Assembly (NCBI GenBank): GCA_965644265.1
Contig: OZ286469.1
Location: 46,748,001-46,812,000 of the forward strand
DNA from: Glycera tridactyla
Lineage: Eukaryota
Reading direction: 5' to 3'
DNA: 64,000 nucleotides
Position numbers and translations under genes: made by a program. The notes below the pieces were generated by a model. It did not search any database and was not told the DNA's origin. It worked only from the letters and a program-made list of their open reading frames with translations. Below, one piece after another: positions 40,022-52,869 of this stretch (positions are counted from its first letter, which is position 1; every line of letters begins with the position of its first letter).

Positions 40022-40036
40022 GTCGTCGTTTTGCAT
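40022..40036 (-). CDS. MAK16: MAK16 coding exon 1 (MQNDD)
   Basis: ATG CAA AAC GAC GAC followed by a GTATGT donor; matches the conserved MQxDD N-terminus; phase 0 joins exon 2. Confidence 0.85.
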
Positions 40037-40110
40037 GTCGATACAGCCTATTGCGAGCAAATGGCATTAAATAATCCACGAGAAAACTGCGAATACTGTA
40101 GCTGTTTACA

Positions 40111-40116
40111 CACGTG
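40111..40116. promoter_or_regulatory. Canonical E-box CACGTG 75 bp upstream of the MAK16 ATG
   Basis: Sequence seen directly; function inferred from known Myc control of ribosome-biogenesis genes. Confidence 0.35.
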
Positions 40117-40299
40117 TTGCCAGTTTCACACTGGTCCCATGGTGCCGAAGTGTTATTCGAAAAGCAGCTGCCGTTGAACACATTCGCGCTCAGTAACGCT
40201 AAACTTCACGACAAAAGTTCCTTCCACTGTGGAACGCGTCACCCTGAGTGGTAAACCCAGTGATGGATCCCTTCCTGTTTTTGCTGTTTGTCTGTGACA

Positions 40300-41180
40300 T
40301 CCCTGACCTCCTTCAAAACCAGATCTGCAGATCTTGATGAAATAGCTTATGGGGTGCCCCAGAGGTCCATCCTTGGACCCCTTTTGTTTATCACAAATAT
40401 GAATGATCTGCTGTGCATAATGCAATACTGTAACACGATCTGAACCTGGATTCTAAATGGTTAATTGCCATTGAGCTAACACTAAATGTTAAAAAATGCC
40501 AGTCTATGAAATTCTGCACGCCTCAACATTCCGATGCCAAACTTCAAATTTTAGTACAAATTGCCGGTGAATATATAACAGGAACACCTGTATACAAATA
40601 TCTAGGTGTATGGTTGGACACCAACCTAAATTTCATTGAGCATATAAACAAAACAATTGGCAAACTGAACAAGCACATCGGCATAATCAGAAGAATGACA
40701 AAACTTCTCAATTTCAACCAAGTTCTCATATTGTACAAATGTCTGGTTTTGCCTGTCATTGATCACGGCGATCTGGTTTATGGCAGTGCCTCACAGGAAA
40801 ATGCTCAAACAGCTGCATGTAGAACAAACAAATTTTGTAGAATTATGCTGCATGCACCACCATAGACGCCATCTGTACAAATGTTGAACACTCTGAAGTT
40901 AATGTCACTTGAACACAGGTGTTCATTCCACTGTGCTCAGATAACAGACCAAGCATACCATGGTCTAGCACCAACGAAGATTGTCCAGAAAATGGTGCTG
41001 CTGCAACATGAAACCCATATGTTACTAGAAATGAGGCCAGAAACGATGTAATGATAACATATACCAGAATTGAAATTGCACGCTGAGCATTCACTATATT
41101 TGGTCCAACAATTTGGAACCAGCTACCAGCCCATTTGCGTATGGCCCCCACATTATCACAATTCAAATCTGCATACCTAT
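40300..41180 (+). pseudogene. Decayed CR1/L2-like LINE RT 3' part
   Basis: GVPQRSILGPLLF, YKYLGVWLDTNLNF, LYKCLVLPVIDHGD and GPTIWNQLP motifs. Confidence 0.75.
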
Positions 41181-41650
41181 CCTATTACGGCTTTCTCTGA
41201 GAAACAGGTATGGTACATAGTTCAAGCGATGGGTATGCAATATTCAGCTAAAACCTGGGCACCCTCACCATCATATCTTATATTTGTATCTAATGAACAA
41301 AAGCACTCCCCCATGTTGACATGATATGGAATATCATACTAGGTTATATTATGTTCTGAAGTGATAAATAACATGTATCAGCAGCAAGAGATATTACCTG
41401 CATGTATTGTGTCATTGTATCATGATGTACAAGGACAAGCTGTAATATGCGGTATTATAACATGACATGGAGTAGTACGACATAGTGTACAACTTGTAAT
41501 GGATTTGTGAACCAGAACCGAGAATAATGTTGACTAGTTTTGTTGGTTGTCTAACCCAGCACAATATATTTTGTTTGTTTGTATCCTCAATTCGAAACTA
41601 TGAAACAGCCAAGAAATATATGGCGGTATAAAAAAATAATATATCATGAC

Positions 41651-41653
41651 ATG

Positions 41654-41686
<33 letters not shown>

Positions 41687-43864
41687 GGTCGACAATCACA
41701 GGATTGTATCCACTGGACAGATGAATTAAGATGTGCGTTTAAAGCTGCACAGGCAGCTCTCGAATCACATCGATCCATAACACTACCTCGCCCAAATGAT
41801 CAGTTGTGGATCGTAACTGATGGTGCTGTCAAAACCCCAGGCATGGGAGCAACCCTGTATGTCACTAGAGATGGAAAACCACGAGTTGCTGGATTTTTCA
41901 GTGCAAAATTGAGAGGTCGCCAGCTAACATGGATCCCGTGTGAAGTTGAGGCAATTGCGATTGCAACTGCAACCAAGCACTTTGGTCCATACATAATACA
42001 GTCAAAACATCGAACATGTATTCTCACAGACAGCAAGCCCTGTGTACAAGCGTATGAAAAACTATGTCGTGGGGAATTTTCTGCTAGTCCCAGGGTATCA
42101 ACCTTTCTGTCACATGTGAGTCGATTCCAGGCTTCTGTGATGCATCTTTCTGGATCAGCAAACTTACCCAGTGATTTTGCCAGTCGGAATGCCCCAGATT
42201 GTTCTGATCCCAAATGTCAAGTCTGCTCATTCATATTCCGTACTGAAGATTCAGCCGTACTTGGTGTGTCAATCCAAGAAATTATGCATGGCCGTTGTAA
42301 ACTTCCCTTTACTACACGTTCATCTTGGTTGAGTATTCAGTCTGACTGCCCTGATCTTAGAAGAACTCGTGCACATTTGTCTCAGGGAACACGTCCATCA
42401 AAAAAGTTGACTAACATTAAAGATGTGAAGCGGTATCTTACCAAGGTGTCCATAGCCAAAGACAACCTGCTGATTGTTCATCGCAATGAGCCTCTTGTTT
42501 CGCCCAGGGAATGCATAGTCGTGCCCCGACATGTACTACATGGTCTCCTCACATCGTTGCACATCAAACTAGCACATCCATCTTGTCATCAATTAAAGAT
42601 GGTCACCCGACGTTATTTCTTCGCGTTAGACATGGAAAGTGCTATTGAGACTGTTTCAGCCAGTTGTCATCAATGTGCAGCTATCCGCACTGCTCCAAAA
42701 TTCGCTATGGAACAGACCTCTCAATTACCACCTGATACAGTTGGTGTGTCATTCGCTGCGGATGTCATAAAACGAGCACGTCAACTTATTCTTGTCGTTA
42801 GAGAGACAGTAACATCTTACACCGTAACCATGTTCATTGATAATGAACAGCGTGACACTTTGCGTGATGCACTTATCAGATTATGCATCGAACTCCGTCC
42901 GCATGATGGACCACCAGCTGTTATAAGGACAGACCCTGCTCCTGCTTTTCAGGCTCTGGCAAAGGATGATGTTCTTAATGGTTATCGACTCCAGATTGAA
43001 ATTGGTCGTATCAAGAATACCAATAAGAATCCAGTGGCTGACAAAGCCATTCAAGAGCTTGAAAAAGAAATGCTACTCATGGACCCGCTCGGTGGTCCCT
43101 TCACAGACTTGACTCTTGCTGTAGCTACCGCAAGAGTGAACTCGAGACTTCGATCAAGGGGTTTGTCCAGTCGGGAGATGTGGACTCAGCGTGATCAATT
43201 TACCTGCACTCAATTGCCCATCACTGATCATCACCTCATCTTGGACCAACAGTCCCAACGCATTACCAATCATTCCCATAGTGAAAAGTCTAAAGCTCCA
43301 AATAGCCAACGAGCCTCCCAGATCAGCATTTGTTGTGGTGACCTTGTATACCTACATGCTGATCTCAACAAGTCCAAATCACGTGATCGGTACCTAGTGG
43401 TGTCTTCTGAGGGTGATTGGTGTAATATCAAGAAATTTGTTGGCTCACAGCTCCGTGATACATCATATCGTGTAAAGAAATCTGAGTGTTATATTGTGCC
43501 ATCTAACATGGAGTCATTGTCTCAATCTGAGAGAGAGCGTTGTGAAGATTCTCCAGATGATGAAGAGACGAGTTCTGATATCCTTGCACCTCCAACAATT
43601 CCTACAGAAATATCCAGGCCGATTGAGCCTACCTTGTCGACTGGTTCAATGCCTTGCGATGATCTCCCTTCAGGTGCAGGCGATCCCTCTGAGTCTGTCC
43701 ATGTTCAGATCGATCCTAATGAGTGTGACAGTTCATCTGATACTGGGGAAGTTTGTGGCACTGAGCTGCCTGAATCTGAGTCCATGCCTTCTACAGGTCC
43801 ACGACGGTCAGGCCGGGTGCGCAAGAAACCATGCTGGTATTCTGAATATGTGACAGATTTCTGA
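41651..43864 (+). CDS. Gypsy pol fragment ORF (RNase H-integrase), 737 aa from ATG 41651
   Basis: Open frame with no stops; the first Met and 10 Lys come from the flank and a 31-nt poly(A). Confidence 0.7.
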
Positions 43865-44420
43865 TCGGTCAAATCAAATGGCAATACTCGTTATGTAGTT
43901 TTACATCAATCATTTGGGGACAGTTTATTGTATTTGGACCATTTATTCCTTGGTATGTTTGTGAATATCTTTGTCTATATGTGATGACATTGTTGATATT
44001 TGATGACAGACTGATATTATCAGTGAGACTTTTGAGCAGTATGGAAGCAGCTTATTTGAGCACTTCAAGGTATATTGCCTCTTCAAAGGGGACAGAGAGA
44101 GAAGAAAGAGATGTCACGCCAGTATTGTGTATATAATGTGCATTGTGGCATGCCATAGCAGCCTGCAGAGCTGAGTGAGTGTACATAGGTGTTTGACTGG
44201 CCCCCTACCAGTATGTTGTATGTGTGTATATATATATATGTAATTCACCTGGGGACCAGTCTAATTGTTTTCCCTCCACTTCTGTTGTGCTCTGGCTGTG
44301 TTTGAGTGTGGAGTTACTTTGCTGTGTGTCTTTGGCATTATCCTGCAAGTTGGAAGAGTTGAGCCTTCTACCTAAACTGGCGTTATGTACATTATATGAG
44401 GTTGCACTGTAACCCTGACA
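41685..44420 (+). mobile_element. 5'-truncated Gypsy/Ty3 LTR retrotransposon (RNase H + integrase + PPT + 3' LTR)
   Basis: RNase H (TDG, CEVE, TDSKP, SDFASR), HHCC zinc finger, DDE core; purine tract about 44084-44111; TGTCA...TGACA LTR 44112-44420. Confidence 0.88.
44112..44420 (+). repeat. Gypsy 3' LTR (about 309 bp)
   Basis: Follows the PPT; TGTCA/TGACA terminal inverted ends; no partner LTR found in the window. Confidence 0.7.
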
Positions 44421-44549
44421 CAATGGTGAAAAAATGACTGTGGCCATTGCCACACCGCTGCAGAAGATCACAATCGTGAGCACCTCTATCTGAGGCATGA
44501 ATAAAGAAGTGTTGATTATTATCAATTATTATAATTATAGACCTGGATC

Positions 44550-45210
44550 TGGATCTGGATCTTTTTGCTACTGGACAAACCCCAATACAGAGGATTGTGC
44601 CCAGGGTGGGGATGGGGGTGTAATACTGTTGCAGCACCTGAGAGCAAAAGGCTTGTACTGAATCAGCCTTGATCGTCTTTTCTGAAAGGTTGTTCCACGT
44701 TCGTATAGTTCGAGGGAAATATGAGAACTGAAAGACATCCAAAATCACAGTTGGTCCAATATAGTTCTCGGAGTTAGCTTTGCGAGTGGACAGCATCACG
44801 GGGATTAATATGTCCAATGTTTCGATCGCAATTTGGCCTCTAACCACTCTATCATAAAAGGATTAGTCACGGTTCTCGCTGACGGTGTTTCAGCTCTGTT
44901 CATTGGGGTCGTTCATCATGTCTGTAACGCTGCACAGTCGTCGAGTAGAGACTGCATTACTGCGACTTGAAAGCGGTGTCTTTCAGTGACTGCAGGCAGT
45001 ACCTTAGATTTTGGCATAGGAATCCTGCAATGTGGTTTGCTCTTCCTACCACATAATCAACATGTGTAGCCCATTTGAGGTCATTTGATGACAACCCCCA
45101 AATAAGGATTTTGGTCGACTTCTTGCAGGATGGTAGAGCAACAGTCATATGTCCTTGAAAGCAGGATTCGTTTGCGGGAGATTCATAGGACATAGCATTT
45201 TATTGGGTCA
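44550..45210 (-). pseudogene. 5'-truncated decayed LINE 3' end with an (AGATCC)n tail
   Basis: LKWATHVDYVVGRANHIAGFL..NL and FSYFPRTIRTWNNL motifs; GGATCT repeats at 44546-44561. Confidence 0.75.
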
Positions 45211-45970
45211 AGACGCGTACCCACCCCACTATTGCAGAGCCCCATTATTGGGGTACTTGAACTCAGTTGATCTGACTAGTGGGAGCCAAGCTACAATTGA
45301 TTGAATATTAAAAAAAAGGAAGTGATTTTACCCAAAATGTTGTCCTATTCACCCCTAGATAGACTAGTCACACTTGAAACCTCAGGTCATGTAGAATCCA
45401 CAGGTATATAGATCACCTTTGTAGGTAAAGTGACAGCTTGTAAACAGCGCTCACTGAAGCTACAGGGCCAAAGTTACACACCATGTTTTAACACCTCCAT
45501 TTTGATGTCATCATCTACATTGAGCCAGAAGAGATAGAAACTCCATATTCTCACAGATTTTACCCTCTTCTTGAATTTTTTTGCATTGCTGATCTGACAA
45601 GTGTGAACATAGCTACACTTCAAATGTCAAAATGAACTTCGAACTGATTTTAGTCAAAACTTTGTCCCATCAATCCTTGATTAGACTAATGCCACGATCA
45701 TCTTTCACGCCTTCCAATCATGTGTTTCATGCATGAGTACACACAGAAATGCTCTCGAATATTGAATATTGAATATTCGTGAAGAAAGCAAGTCAAAATA
45801 TCTAAAATTGACGCAGAAAAATGAATAAGAGTGAGACAAGGTTGCACAGAGATGACAATTTCGCCGACAGTCTGAGCAGCAGCCAGACTCGCTACCTATG
45901 TTGAGCTTGCTCGCTAGCTAACGATCACTTTTCATGCCTTAAAAACATTGGTTTTTTTTCAATAAGTTAT

Positions 45971-47868
45971 GTGCAAAAGATTGAGACCATGTTGACCTGA
46001 TCATGTGATTTCACCGACAGTGAGCTCGCTGGGTGGACTTGCTACCCCTTCACGAAACCATCATATCTCCCCAATCACTCCATCCAGATTCCTGAAGTCA
46101 TCTCGAATTTCAAGTGTCGGCTGAATGTCCCATGCTGTTCCATAGTCCAACCATACTTCAAATAATTTTTGTCTGGATCTACACCCAGTGAGATGATTTA
46201 CATAAGCATAGGTACACATGATTGAACATCCAATTAAACTTTATACTGATTTGTGCAAAAGATTGAGACCATGTTGACCTGATCATGTGATTTCACCGAC
46301 AGTGAGCTCGCTGGGTGGACTTGCTACCCCTTCACGAAACCATCATATCTCCCCAATCACTCCATCCAGATTCCTGAAGTCATCTCGAAGTCCCATGCTG
46401 TTCCATAGTCCAACCATACTTCAAATAATTTTTGTCTGGATCTACACCCAGTGAGATGATTTACATAAGCATAGGTACACATGATTGAACATCCAATTAA
46501 ACTTTATACTGATTTGTGCAAAAGATTGAGACAATGTTGACCTGATCATGTGATTTCACCGACAGTGAGCTCGCTGGGTGGACTTGCTACCCCTTCACGA
46601 AACCATCATATCTCCCCAATCACTCCATCCAGATTCCTGAAGTCATCTCGAAGTCCCATGCTGTTCCATAGTCCAACCATACTTCAAATAATTTTTGTCT
46701 GGATCTACACCCAGTGAGATGATTTACATAAGCATAGGTACACATGATTGAACATCCAATTAAACTTTATACTGATTTGTGCAAAAGATTGAGACCATGT
46801 TGACCTGATCATGTGATTTCACCGACAGTGAGCTCGCTGGGTGGACTTGCTACCCCTTCACGAAACCATCATATCTCCCCAATCACTCCATCCAGATTCC
46901 TGAAGTCATCTCGAATTTCAAGTGTCGGCTGAATGTCCCATGCTGTTCCATAGTCCAACCATACTTCAAATAATTTTTGTCTGGATCTACACCCAGTGAG
47001 ATGATTTACATAAGCATAGGTACACATGATTGAACATCCAATTAAACTTTATACTGATTTGTGCAAAAGATTGAGACAATGTTGACCTGATCATGTGATT
47101 TCACCGACAGTGAGCTCGCTGGGTGGACTTGCTACCCCTTCACGAAACCATCATATCTCCCCAATCACTCCATCCAGATTCCTGAAGTCATCTCGAAGTC
47201 CCATGCTGTTCCATAGTCCAACCATACTTCAAATAATTTTTGTCTGGATCTACACCCAGTGAGATGATTTACATAAGCATAGGTACACATGATTGAACAT
47301 CCAATTAAACTTTATACTGATTTGTGCAAAAGATTGAGACAATGTTGACCTGATCATGTGATTTCACCGACAGTGAGCTCGCTGGGTGGACTTGCTACCC
47401 CTTCACGAAACCATCATATCTCCCCAATCACTCCATCCAGATTCCTGAAGTCATCTCGAAGTCCCATGCTGTTCCATAGTCCAACCATACTTCAAATAAT
47501 TTTTGTCTGGATCTACACCCAGTGAGATGATTTACATAAGCATAGGTACACATGATTGAACATCCAATTAAACTTTATACTGATTTGTGCAAAAGATTGA
47601 GACCATGTTGACCTGATCATGTGATTTCACCGACAGTGAGCTCGCTGGGTGGACTTGCTACCCCTTCACGAAACCATCATATCTCCCCAATCACTCCATC
47701 CAGATTCCTGAAGTCATCTCGAATTTCAAGTGTCGGCTGAATGTCCCATGCTGTTCCATAGTCCAACCATACTTCAAATAATTTTTGTCTGGATCTACAC
47801 CCAGTGAGATGATTTACATAAGCATAGGTACACATTACTGAACATCCAATTAAACTTTATACTGATTT
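45971..47868. repeat. Satellite of 7 near-identical units (282,263,263,282,263,263,282 bp)
   Basis: Unit starts at 45971, 46253, 46516, 46779, 47061, 47324 and 47587; long and short units differ by a 19-bp indel. Confidence 0.95.
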
Positions 47869-49919
47869 CACTCAAAATTATTTCCTATTAACTCCTGAAT
47901 AGGCCAGCCACATCTAAAAGGCTGGATCATGTTGATCCCGTATATGTATGAATCACCGAAGTAACTGGAGTGGCTCATTGCGTTTAGGAGCCTTGAAAAA
48001 TTGGCTGCAGCGAATAGGGACTCCTGACAGCTTAAACTGAAAGCACTGCAGCATCTGCTCAGCCGAAATCGGCAATTTTTTTTAATGATATTTACTACTC
48101 AAATTGCATGACAAAGCTCACTATCATATTATCTGTCATTTTCATGAGTTTGGGGAGATTTGGTTGAGAACTGATGGCAACATTCATGCGATGTCTCCGC
48201 TTCCTCCCAGAGAATTGAGTGTTACCTGCTGTTATTCACATTAACCGAGCCCAACCTGCTAATCCAGATGGATGTTATCTGAAACCCACACATTAATTCT
48301 GGCTCAAACTTTATTGAGAATTGCATAAAATCCTCCCATCGGTGCTGTATGTGTTAATGAGATTTATTCGAGAATTTTGAAAGGGCATATCATACCTGTT
48401 TGTATAACTATCACAATTTGCCCAATCTTCCCAAAGATGGTTATTCACCAAATGGCTGGCATCAAACCATGCTCAAGTTCCTTTTTTTATTATGTATGTG
48501 GAAAACATCATCCATACAACTGGCAGTATAATGTCTTGCTCTTAAGAAAATCTTATTTTCCTGTGGAAAGGAGTTTTCTTAAGTGTGGGTTCCTTCTTAC
48601 GGTAAAAAGGGGCCACAGTGCTCCTCAAATCAACAAAAGGGTAGTACTGTTACCCTACAGAGTGAACCCGTTTGGGGGAATTTTCCTGAAGAAATGCCCA
48701 CTTACATCGGATTCCAAGTGGTAAATGTCCCAATTTTGGAAATCCTGAATGCATCCATGTATTTCCAACATCTCGCATAATCAAATCATAAAAATGAAAG
48801 TTTGAATTTCTAAATGTTGTACATGTTTACCTGTGGTTGAAACTATGTCCTGTGAGACACCTTTGGAATGTACAACTTACAATCAGCCGACTTTCAACTA
48901 TATTTGATCATCGTTCCACCACTACTTTCAATCATCTAATGATATATAAATTCATGCAAATTGTGAGAGAGGATGATATGGAAAATCCATGAATGTGTGG
49001 ATGACATATGAAGGAATCTTCATGGGAAATCCACATTTTACAAATTTTCTCAAAATTCGGATTTTTCTTCTGCAAAAGTTTACTTTTATTCAATAGCAGA
49101 CATCATTATTCAAATTTTGAGAAACAGTTGGGAACATTCTTGGATAAATTGATAATCTATGGGCAAAAAACTGCTGAAATTACTGTCTTTTTTTCCTGAT
49201 CCAGCCACATACCAATTCCAATTAAAGATGAGTCATCGACATTCTGGCAATTATTTTCATAATAGATATAGCCTTTCATTTTTGTATAGTTGCCCAAAAC
49301 CATTTCTCATCATATTCACCAAGAAAAACTTTTTTTAATCTATTTTTAGTCTAAATCACTAATTATTTCACATTTCGGTCTATTTTCAATGGATTATAAC
49401 ACAAGAATGATGCTGGTAATGGGTATTTTTCAAAAGCTTCTTTCAGTCAGCATGCAATTCTGAGCAAGTGTGGAAAATTTTGAAGAAAATAACTCAAAAC
49501 TCAATTAATTTGCATCATTCTTCCTGAGTGAGTACATCCTGATGAGTTGAAAAACAGATGTTTTGGTGGATGAAAAATTGACCAAACTAGCTAATGATAT
49601 ACTCTCTTAAATAGCTCCCTGTTATTGTGCTCCTTGGCTGCTATGCAGCTTGCCTGGGCTAGAGATTCAAGGATGACTGAACGACTTGTCAACTGACCGC
49701 CGGTTTTCGCTGGTCGAATGACCCCCACCTAAACTCTGTTGTACATCACTAAAAAACATTTTTCCATCTGATTTGTGAGTGGTTCGTTCATCGCCGTATA
49801 TATTCTCATGACAAATAAAAGTATCGGAGTGGTTATTATCACCGTGCAGTGAAAATACAGGTTCCGGTAGTGTCACTGTGCTTTTCGGCTCAAAGTACGG
49901 AGCACCGTGCTGGGGCTGC

Positions 49920-50345
49920 TAGTGCTCCGACGATTACCCAATCAAATCGATTATTGCATTGTTGAGAGGTCTGATTCGATTAATCGATCATATAAGTTGA
50001 CAATCAATTAAAAAATCAAGGAATCAAGGAATAACTTCAGATGATCTCATTATCATCTGCATATATTCATCATCTTGGGAACTTGAGGCATATTTCCTCA
50101 TGGTCACAAAATACAAGAAAAACGAATATAACTTAGAAGTGTGATGGCCAGTACAGGGACATTTTCGGTGATTTTTCAGTGAGTTTATTACCCCTAAATA
50201 TGGGTACCGAGGCGTGTTTGTACAGCAAATTGTTGGCATTGTGAGGTCAGCAAGATAAGTCTGAACTCTGATTATTTGATTGATAATCAACCGCTGTCGA
50301 TTCCGATTAATCGATCATCACATTTGCAACTGAGTCCGGGCACTA
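49920..50345. mobile_element. hAT-like MITE
   Basis: TIR TAGTGCTCCGAC / GTCCGGGCACTA; degenerate 8-bp TSD GGGGCTGC / GTGGCCGC; subterminal CGATTAATCGAT motifs. Confidence 0.6.
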
Positions 50346-50822
50346 GTGGCCGCTGATGTGTGCCGAACAAGAACTTTCGCCAACAATAAATCAAATACTG
50401 TTGAATAATTCCGCCCAAAACTTGTCAAAGATATGCACTACGGACATTTGCATTTATATCCTAAGTTTTGTCACCTTTTTTCACTGGGGACGTAGTAGAA
50501 ACAAGTAGATATGTCAGCCTGCTTGGGAAGCCTTGATCGCCGAGCGGGTACAGGTTTTACCGTCAAGTCACACCAGAACCAACTCGCCCCAGTGCACTGA
50601 GGGCACCCCGTAACCTACTCACTCTCTAACCAAATCGCCCCACAGGGAGCCCACTCCATCACAAACTCACCCCAAGTAAGATCAACATGTCTACCAAAAC
50701 GCTTGTTTGTGTGTATGTCTTGCGATGTTTCCCACTGTTTACTGTGGCTCTACATAGAAGGGAGGGAAACTTGCAATGATCAGTAGATTATTCGCCATCA
50801 TTTTGATCCATTTCTATGAAAT

Positions 50823-51721
50823 TATCAATTCAATTCAATTCAATTCAAATCGACTTTATTTCTACCGAATCAAAAAAAGGCAACATAGGTAGTACAGAAA
50901 ATAAAGTGTCTACTGCACATATAAATACAAGATTGTTCATTGTAAAATAATTCATGTTCAATTCAGTTTGTTAGGGTAATGGTTCGAGTATGTACATGTT
51001 CAATCACATATTCAAGCATCGGGATCTGATCCACCATAGTGAAGAGAGAAATGAATATATATATATATATATATATATATACAAGGTCTTGGATAGGTCA
51101 TTTTGTTTGCAGGGAAATGTGTGTGTGCATGTTTGTGTGTCTGTGTATGTCTCTATGTCTAATATTGCCCAACTTTCATTTCCCTTTGGAGCTAGTGGTG
51201 GGTTTCAAAAGGTCGAATCCGGTTTGGCAGAAGGAGCCAAGGGCGAGGGCTACATTCTTTGTGCTAGCTTTCATGATTGCTATAAACTGGTGATTTGGGC
51301 TTAGGTTGGAGAACTCTGGGATGTCCAGTTGGCAGGCTGATATAAGTGGGGGTCTTATGCTTTTCAAGGGTGAGCAGTATAGGAGAAAGTGAGTTTCATC
51401 CCCTATTTCATTAGGACAATGGGGGCAATAATCCTCTCCTGCTGGGGTATTCGAATATCTTCCCCTCTCTATTTCTAACATGTGGGCACTAGTGCGGAGT
51501 TTGGTGACAGCAGAGCGTCTATTGAAGTTGGTTATCAGGCCAAGGTATGGTTCGAATTCATGGGTGTCCTTGAAGTTTGCATATGTGCGTAATTTGTTGC
51601 CTTGTTCTTGCCTCCATCCCGTCTTTGATGTTAGGGTAGCCATACTTAGATTTATGTAGTGGGTTTGCAGGTCACTCATAATTAGTGTGAGTGTGAGTGG
51701 CATATGGGGCGAGTTGGTCAT
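50823..51721 (-). pseudogene. 3' end of an RTE-X-like LINE (C-terminal Cys/His domain, 3' UTR, (TTGAA)n tail)
   Basis: KLRTYANFK..FEPYL..RSAVTKLRTSAHMLEIERGRY...CPHC..IGDETHFLLYC; AATAAA then the tail at about 50823-50850. Confidence 0.75.
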
Positions 51722-52869
51722 GGAGCGAGTGAGGGATTTAACTTGGTTCCCTCGTCAGACAGCGTGTATCAGACTCGGTAGCACCTGCCGATCTACCAGG
51801 ACGTATCCTGCCCGGTAGAGCGCTGATTGGGTGATATCGCTTTGCCGCTGATTGGTGCAGCTCTTATCATGTGATAAGGGGCGCCATGTGCTTTTGTTTA
51901 CAAACACTGCCAGCTCAGTCAGCTGTCAGTATGCTCGCTCAATCGCCTTCGTCGCTCAATCACCTTCGTTGCCGTACTTGGGTAGCTAACTTTCGCTGAT
52001 CATATTGACAAAACTATAGAATATTTTTGGCTGATATTTTTGGAGGATTTCAGAATATGGCCTTCTTCAGATTTTACGGATTGGATGAGATTTGTTCTGA
52101 GATTGACGAAGTGGCGAGTTTGTGAACGCTGCCATGATCNNNNNNNNNNNNNNNNNNNNNNNNNNNNNNNNNNNNNNNNNNNNNNNNNNNNNNNNNNNNN
52201 NNNNNNNNNNNNNNNNNNNNNNNNNNNNNNNNNNNNNNNNNNNNNNNNNNNNNNNNNNNNNNNNNNNNNNNNNNNNNNNNNNNNNNNNNNNNNNNNNNNN
52301 NNNNNNNNNNNNNNNNNNNNNNNNNNNNNNNNNNNNNNNNNNNNNNNNNNNNNNNNNNNNNNNNNNNNNNNNNNNNNNNNNNNNNNNNNNNNNNNNNNNN
52401 NNNNNNNNNNNNNNNNNNNNNNNNNNNNNNNNNNNNNNNNNNNNNNNNNNNNNNNNNNNNNNNNNNNNNNNNNNNNNNNNNNNNNNNNNNNNNNNNNNNN
52501 NNNNNNNNNNNNNNNNNNNNNNNNNNNNNNNNNNNNNNNNNNNNNNNNNNNNNNNNNNNNNNNNNNNNNNNNNNNNNNNNNNNNNNNNNNNNNNNNNNNN
52601 NNNNNNNNNNNNNNNNNNNNNNNNNNNNNNNNNNNNNNNNNNNNNNNNNNNNNNNNNNNNNNNNNNNNNNNNNNNNNNNNNNNNNNNNNNNNNNNNNNNN
52701 NNNNNNNNNNNNNNNNNNNNNNNNNNNNNNNNNNNNNNNNNNNNNNNNNNNNNNNNNNNNNNNNNNNNNNNNNNNNNNNNNNNNNNNNNNNNNNNNNNNN
52801 NNNNNNNNNNNNNNNNNNNNNNNNNNNNNNNNNNNNNNNNNNNNNNNNNNNNNNNNNNNNNNNNNNNNC

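Noticed and set aside
45971-47868. CRISPR-like or coding repeat array
   Set aside because: Units are wholly repeated with no unique spacers, there are no cas genes, and the frames contain stops. It is a satellite.
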